DNA of 64,000 nt, from the NCBI GenBank assembly GCA_963733035.1, contig CAVTBU010000009.1, positions 256,001-320,000 of the forward strand. The letters are read 5' to 3'. The notes beneath the pieces are model-generated. The model worked only from the letters and a program-made list of their open reading frames with translations, made no database searches and was not told the origin of the DNA. This document shows, piece after piece, positions 62,366 to 64,000 of this stretch. Both the position numbers and the translations under genes were made by a program. This DNA is from Pirellulales bacterium. GTDB taxonomy: Bacteria > Planctomycetota > Planctomycetia > Pirellulales > PALSA-1355. Position 1 is the first letter of the stretch. The number at the start of each line of letters is the position of its first letter.

Positions 62366-63673
62366 CTACAACTGTTTGCGTAAACGGTCGACCAACTTGA
62401 GGGCCTGCTGCTTGCTGCTGATCTGCCCATCGAGCTGCGCATCGCGCACGGCTTGCAGCATCCGCTGATACTGTTTGCCACGTGGCACGCCGTGCGCAAT
62501 CAGATCATCGCCGGAAAGTAGCGGCGGAGGGTTCAGGGCCTCGGGCGGCAACAACAGCCTTTCACGGCAAGTGGCGAAATCCGCGGGCGTGGCCGTTGGG
62601 CCTTGGCCGTCCGTGCCGCCGGTCAACGCTTCGTGCAGCGACAGCAATTCGCAAGCACCCTCGCTGGTTAGCAGCGGCTGCAATCGCGACCAGGGCATGT
62701 CGGCCGCACCAACCAGTGCCGCCTGATGTTCGACCAGCCAGCGCAATCGTTTCGATTCTTGGTTCGACAGCTTCCAGCGACGCGCCAGCGCCCACGCCCC
62801 CGCAGCGTCGAGGAACGGATGAACGAGCGTCGCCATGGCCAGCATAAACGAAGGCTCCTTCAGCAGGCTGAGTGCCTCGAGCGCCGCAAGCCAGGCTCTG
62901 TCGCCGGCGAACCCGATAGGTGTCGTGCGATTGGGTTCGTTGGCCGCCGCCACTTCTGGCATGATCTCCGCGAGCAATCCCACATCGTGCAGCAAGTCAA
63001 CCGCCGCAGCGCGGCTGTGGTGCATGAGCATGCGGCGCACCTCTTCGGCGATGCGCTCCACGCTCACCACGCCGATTTCCTTGGCCATCGCCTCCACTGC
63101 GTCGCGTGTGCGAGGCTCAATTGCAAAACCAAACGTGACCGTGAAGCGCACGGCTCGCAACAGCCGTAGCTTGTCTTCCTGGAAACGAGCGCGCGGCTCG
63201 CCGATAGCACGCACGACTCCGCGGCCCAGGTCGTTGACGCCACCGACGTAGTCGATCACGCGATCTTCGAGCGGGTCGTAGAACAAACCGTTGATCGTAA
63301 AGTCGCGGCGATGCGCGTCAGCCTCCGGAGAACTAAACTCCACGGCATCGGGGTGTCGACCGTCGCTATAGGTCACGTCCTGCCGAAAAGTAGCCACTTC
63401 AACCTGACCCGCCAATTTAGGCCCCACCACCGTAATTACACCGAACTGCGCGCCCACCGGAACCGTGCGCCGCTTCGCGAACACTTCGCAGATCTGGTTC
63501 GGTCGAGCGTCGGTGGCAACGTCGTAGTCCTTCGGCGGATGTCCCAATAGGCGATCGCGCACGCAACCGCCAGCCCAATAGGCCTCATATCCGTGTCCGC
63601 GCAGCGTGCGCACGACGTCGATGGCGAAGTCACGCTGCTTGGTCGGGTCGAGCGGTGCCACAGTTAGTTTCAC
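62366..63673 (-). CDS. cca: CCA tRNA nucleotidyltransferase / poly(A) polymerase family
   Basis: AGGCVRDRLLG, DYDVAT, EVATFR, DAHRRDFTINGL, EDKLRLLRAVRF, ERIAEE. Confidence 0.9.
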   Translation of the reverse strand: MKLTVAPLDPTKQRDFAIDVVRTLRGHGYEAYWAGGCVRDRLLGHPPKDYDVATDARPNQICEVFAKRRTVPVGAQFGVITVVGPKLAGQVEVATFRQDVTYSDGRHPDAVEFSSPEADAHRRDFTINGLFYDPLEDRVIDYVGGVNDLGRGVVRAIGEPRARFQEDKLRLLRAVRFTVTFGFAIEPRTRDAVEAMAKEIGVVSVERIAEEVRRMLMHHSRAAAVDLLHDVGLLAEIMPEVAAANEPNRTTPIGFAGDRAWLAALEALSLLKEPSFMLAMATLVHPFLDAAGAWALARRWKLSNQESKRLRWLVEHQAALVGAADMPWSRLQPLLTSEGACELLSLHEALTGGTDGQGPTATPADFATCRERLLLPPEALNPPPLLSGDDLIAHGVPRGKQYQRMLQAVRDAQLDGQISSKQQALKLVDRLRKQL

Positions 63674-63759
63674 CTCGAGGCGTACGGAACCGGGAAACAG
63701 CGCCGATTATAGAGATGTGGTCCCCAACCGATAAGTGCGCGCCCGGCGGCAAACTCCTT

Positions 63760-64000
63760 TTAAGTCATCGCCAGAGCCGCACTCTCAGGCCGCGCATTTG
63801 CAGCCGTAATGCCTTGGTCGACCAATTTCAGAACGCGCCGTCGCGCCGCGTCGCTCCAGACAAAGGAAAATTCCTCAGCGGTGCGCAGGAAATGGAGTGT
63901 CAAACTTGCCGGAGGGGTCTTCAATATACGTTCGGTCGCCAAACCATACAGAAGCATTTGCATTTCGTAAGCGGACGCTTGACGTGCGACGCCCTGAGTA
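63760..64000 (-). CDS. C-terminal end of a PD-(D/E)XK RecB-family nuclease domain (AddA/UvrD-nuclease-like), partial
   Basis: Frame open to the window edge; AYEMQMLLYGLA (Y-x2-Q-x3-Y motif) followed by LTLHFLR. Confidence 0.65.
   Translation of the reverse strand, partial: TQGVARQASAYEMQMLLYGLATERILKTPPASLTLHFLRTAEEFSFVWSDAARRRVLKLVDQGITAANARPESAALAMT

Overview
GC-rich bacterial chromosomal segment, almost certainly from a planctomycete (Pirellulales-like). The evidence is two PVC-type heme-binding CxxCH proteins, a giant surface protein with a planctomycete-type 'RRLRICRFEEIESRQLLA' N-terminal motif, a PQQ-type beta-propeller, DUF1207- and DUF3592-like proteins and a stand-alone RNAP alpha-CTD. 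I count about 48 genes. Housekeeping genes include sucCD, gltA, mfd, uvrD/pcrA, polX, birA, cca, apbE and an RlmM-like methyltransferase; the rest are largely secreted redox or hydrolytic proteins and a few regulators. I found no rRNA, tRNA, CRISPR array or mobile element. About ten 1-2 nt frameshifts split otherwise intact genes, including sucD; they are most simply explained as long-read consensus errors. The best candidates for undescribed biology are: (i) a translationally coupled operon of a DUF3592 membrane protein, an arrestin/SpoOM-like beta-sandwich protein and a small AAA+-like ATPase (39492-41831), sharing a symmetric ATTATAAT bidirectional -10 with a beta-propeller gene; (ii) an apparently lower-GC islet with a UbiA-type phosphoribosyltransferase, a methyltransferase and a GT-C-like protein; (iii) a heme-c/copper-monooxygenase/EF-hand fusion; (iv) a free alpha-CTD gene beside uvrD and mfd; (v) a MarR-pirin module with two visible operator palindromes. 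Family names come from motif recognition by eye, not from database searches.
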